Virus record (IMG/VR): IMGVR_UViG_2667527976_000002
Direction: 5' to 3' (one strand)
DNA length: 31,378 nt
DNA from: a virus
Taxonomy: Duplodnaviria > Heunggongvirae > Uroviricota > Caudoviricetes
Under the pieces are notes generated by a model that worked only from the letters and a program-made list of their open reading frames with translations, did not search any database and was not told where the DNA came from. Made by a program: the position numbers and the translations under genes. This document shows, one piece after another, positions 29,358 to 31,378 of this stretch (the first letter of the stretch is position 1; every line of letters begins with the position of its first letter).

Positions 29358-29819
29358 CTATCTGCACTGCTCATTAATATACTTCTGGGTTCCTTCCAGT
29401 TGTTTTTGCATCGTGATCAGCCTCTCTCTGAGGGTGAAATAATCCCGTTCAGCGGTGTCTGCCAGTCGGGGGGAGGCTGCATTATCCACGCCGGAGGCGG
29501 TGGTGGCTTCACGCACTGACTGACAGACTGCTTTGATGTGCAACCGACGACGACCAGCGGCAACATCATCACGCAGAGCATCATTTTCAGCTTTCGCATC
29601 AGCTAACTCCTTCGTGTATTTTGCATCGAGCGCAGCAACATCACGCTGACGCATCTGCATGTCAGTAATTGCCGCATTCGCCAGCTTCAGTTCTCTGGCA
29701 TTTTTGTCGCGCTGGGCTTTGTAGGTAATGGCGTTATCACGGTAATGATTAACAGTCCATAACAGGCAGACGATGATGCAGATGAGCAGAGCGGAGATAA
29801 TCGCGGTTAACCGACTCAT
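29358..29819 (-). CDS. Rz: Spanin, inner-membrane subunit Rz
   Basis: 153 aa from ATG 29817-29819 ([36 protein letters not shown]...); the longer track ORF was rejected. Confidence 0.9.
   Translation of the reverse strand: MSRLTAIISALLICIIVCLLWTVNHYRDNAITYKAQRDKNARELKLANAAITDMQMRQRDVAALDAKYTKELADAKAENDALRDDVAAGRRRLHIKAVCQSVREATTASGVDNAASPRLADTAERDYFTLRERLITMQKQLEGTQKYINEQCR
29417..29599 (-). CDS. Rz1: Spanin, outer-membrane lipoprotein subunit Rz1 (embedded in Rz, +1 frame)
   Basis: 60 aa, M(R)[44 protein letters not shown]..., lipobox VVGC and proline-rich region. Confidence 0.85.
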   Translation of the reverse strand: MRKLKMMLCVMMLPLVVVGCTSKQSVSQCVKPPPPPAWIMQPPPDWQTPLNGIISPSERG

Positions 29820-29907
29820 GACATCAACACTCCAACAGCCAGAAACCACGGCCACGCATCGTTGCCATTGAATGCGAGCAACGCTGCCATGAAAAAGCAA
29901 ATCATGC

Positions 29908-30405
29908 TCATTGTTGCCCCCACAAACAGACTTCACGCTCAATCTCACGGCGAGTCATCAGCCCTTTCCATTGCTTACCGCCAGCGTATGTCCAGCGCCG
30001 TAGCTGATCACATGCGCCTTTGATATCGCCCTGGTTTATTTTGCGAAGAAGCGTCGATGTTCTGAAATTGCCAGCGCCCACGTTGTAAACGAATGAGTAA
30101 AGAGCGCCGCGCGTTGTTTCCGGTATATCGACTGTGATGTACGGGTTAATTTGTCTGGCGACAGTGGCAAGGTCTTTATTCAGGAGGGCTTTGCATTCTG
30201 CTTCGGTATACGTTTTACCGAGCATGATGTCTTTTCCGGTGTGTCCGTGACATACAGTCCATACGCCAACGATATCTTTGTATGGTATGTAGCTGACACC
30301 TTCCAGGCCATCGTCACCACTCGGACCAGTGATGAGCACAGACGCTATGGCAACAGCCCCACCACCAATAGCAGCAGCAATAGCCTTGCGTAATGATGGC
30401 GACAT
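29908..30405 (-). CDS. R: SAR endolysin (T4-lysozyme-like muramidase with N-terminal signal-anchor-release domain), phage 21 R-type
   Basis: 165 aa; Gly/Ala-rich weakly hydrophobic N-terminus [20 protein letters not shown] followed by an E...D...T lysozyme catalytic region; matches recalled R21. Confidence 0.85.
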   Translation of the reverse strand: MSPSLRKAIAAAIGGGAVAIASVLITGPSGDDGLEGVSYIPYKDIVGVWTVCHGHTGKDIMLGKTYTEAECKALLNKDLATVARQINPYITVDIPETTRGALYSFVYNVGAGNFRTSTLLRKINQGDIKGACDQLRRWTYAGGKQWKGLMTRREIEREVCLWGQQ

Positions 30406-30620
30406 TATTCACCTCTCGCAGCCTTACGCTTATCTTCTTTAATCTTGAAATAAAGGTTTGTCAGATACGTCAGCAAGCCAAATACCAGACTACCCAGCAC
30501 ACCTATTGCCGCCCACTGTGAGGGCGTGACTTTATCGAGCAACTGTAAAAACCAGTACCCGGCACTACCTGCTGAGGTGCCATAGGCGACACCCGTTGTT
30601 AACTTATCCATGGATTTCAT
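30405..30620 (-). CDS. S: Pinholin, phage 21 S-type, with dual-start motif M1-K-S-M4
   Basis: 71 aa, [71 protein letters not shown]; two TM segments; Met1 and Met4 are both in frame (antiholin and holin starts). Confidence 0.85.
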
Positions 30621-30749
30621 AACCCCACCTCGCAGACAAAGCGGGTGTAAATTAAGGGGATACTACGTATCGCAATAAAGGCAGAAACGTAACAGATTTG
30701 GAGTCAGTGAATAACTCAGGTATTGGGTTATCAGCTAATATCGAGACTC

Positions 30750-30782
30750 AAAAAATGGAAAAACCCGCTCGACGGCGGGTTT
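30750..30782 (-). terminator. Candidate rho-independent terminator upstream of S (minus strand)
   Basis: Minus-strand hairpin aaacccgc-cgtcga-gcgggttt followed by uuccauuuuuu. Confidence 0.35.
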
Positions 30783-31110
30783 AAGCTGTGTGACGAAGTA
30801 ACCACTCTTAACAGCATAACCAATTTTTTACGTACGTAAACTACTAAATGATATTTGTGAGAATGCCACCGAGTGTTCAAAACACCACCACAAATACATA
30901 AGAAAACTTCAACAAATAACCAATGAATAATTTCCGATGTTATTTTTAGTTTGTTTAAATTAAGCTAAAGAATTATAGAGCGCTTATAAATAAGTGCCAT
31001 TAATATAAATTAGCTAATAGATTTATTTTCGTTCAAACAAGAGCCATGAATAGGATTAGATAGAAAAGGTTCAGATAAAAATAGAGATCTACTTCACAAA
31101 TTAAATGAGA

Positions 31111-31306
31111 AACTAAAACTTACATCTTGAAATAATCGCATTGATTAGATGAATATTTATCGCGCAGTGACATCATTTTTTAATAATAGTTCAAAAAAAA
31201 GGGCGTACAACTAAAACTTACATCTTGAAATAATCTCATTGATTAGATGAATATTTGTAGTGCAGTGACATCATTTTTAAATAATAGTTCAAATAAAAGG
31301 GCTCAC
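31111..31306 (+). repeat. Tandem direct duplication (2 x 98 bp, ~90% identical) immediately upstream of the porin-like gene
   Basis: Unit aactaaaacttacatcttgaaataatc(g/t)cattgattagatgaatattt...cagtgacatcattttt...aatagttcaaa...aaaaggg at 31111-31208 and 31209-31306; the second copy ends 1 nt before the ATG. Confidence 0.75.
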
Positions 31307-31307
31307 G

Positions 31308-31378
31308 ATGAAAAAATTAACAGTGGCAATTTCTGCTGTAGCTGCATCAGTACTGATGGCGATGTCTGCTCAGGCAGC
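31308..31378 (+). CDS. 5' end of a secreted or outer-membrane protein gene, probably a prophage-encoded OmpC-family porin (truncated by the window edge)
   Basis: ATG at 31308 followed by MKKLTVAISAVAASVLMAMSAQA, a classical signal peptide ending AQA. Position (beyond the lysis genes, opposite strand) and N-terminus agree with my recollection of NmpC/Lc-type phage porins. Only 23 codons are visible. Confidence 0.5.
   Translation, partial: MKKLTVAISAVAASVLMAMSAQA

Noticed and set aside
30621-31110. Assignment of the late promoter pR' or a qut site in the region upstream of S
   Set aside because: I could not find a convincing match to the lambda or phage 21 pR'/qut sequences from memory; the late promoter is probably next to the antiterminator gene beyond the porin gene, outside the window.

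Overview
This window is one arm of a lambda-like (lambdoid) prophage inserted at the 3' end of icd, covering the prophage from its attachment-site junction to the start of a porin gene beyond the lysis genes; I found no clearly novel system, and the strongest candidates for follow-up are the non-canonical tail-fibre module and the cargo genes. Left to right: an orphan, apparently frameshifted icd 3' fragment (1-160); AT-rich non-coding DNA; a truncated Abi-like fragment with a HEPN-type motif; a complete sitABCD Mn/Fe ABC-uptake operon (+ strand) with recognisable Fur and MntR operator matches; then, all on the minus strand, a tail-fibre module (lambda Stf-like N-terminus with a different C-terminal domain, a 93-aa acidic protein and a 346-aa protein with a C-terminal S74-type intramolecular chaperone), lom, a complete lambda-type tail set (J I K L M H T G V U Z) with the G-T -1 slippery site conserved, a complete head and packaging set (FII FI E D C/Nu3 B W A Nu1), and the cos site (cosN GGGCGGCGACCT plus cosB-like repeats). 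Right of cos are bor (+ strand), a phage-21-type lysis cassette (S21 pinholin, R21 SAR endolysin, Rz with embedded Rz1), and a 98-bp tandem duplication directly upstream of a truncated gene starting with a porin-like signal peptide. No rRNA, tRNA, CRISPR array or transposase was recognised. All protein identifications rest on recollection of lambda and phage 21 sequences and on motifs visible in the translations; no database search was run. The ORF track translates GTG/TTG starts as M, so several starts were adjusted to lambda-like ATG (or GTG for C).
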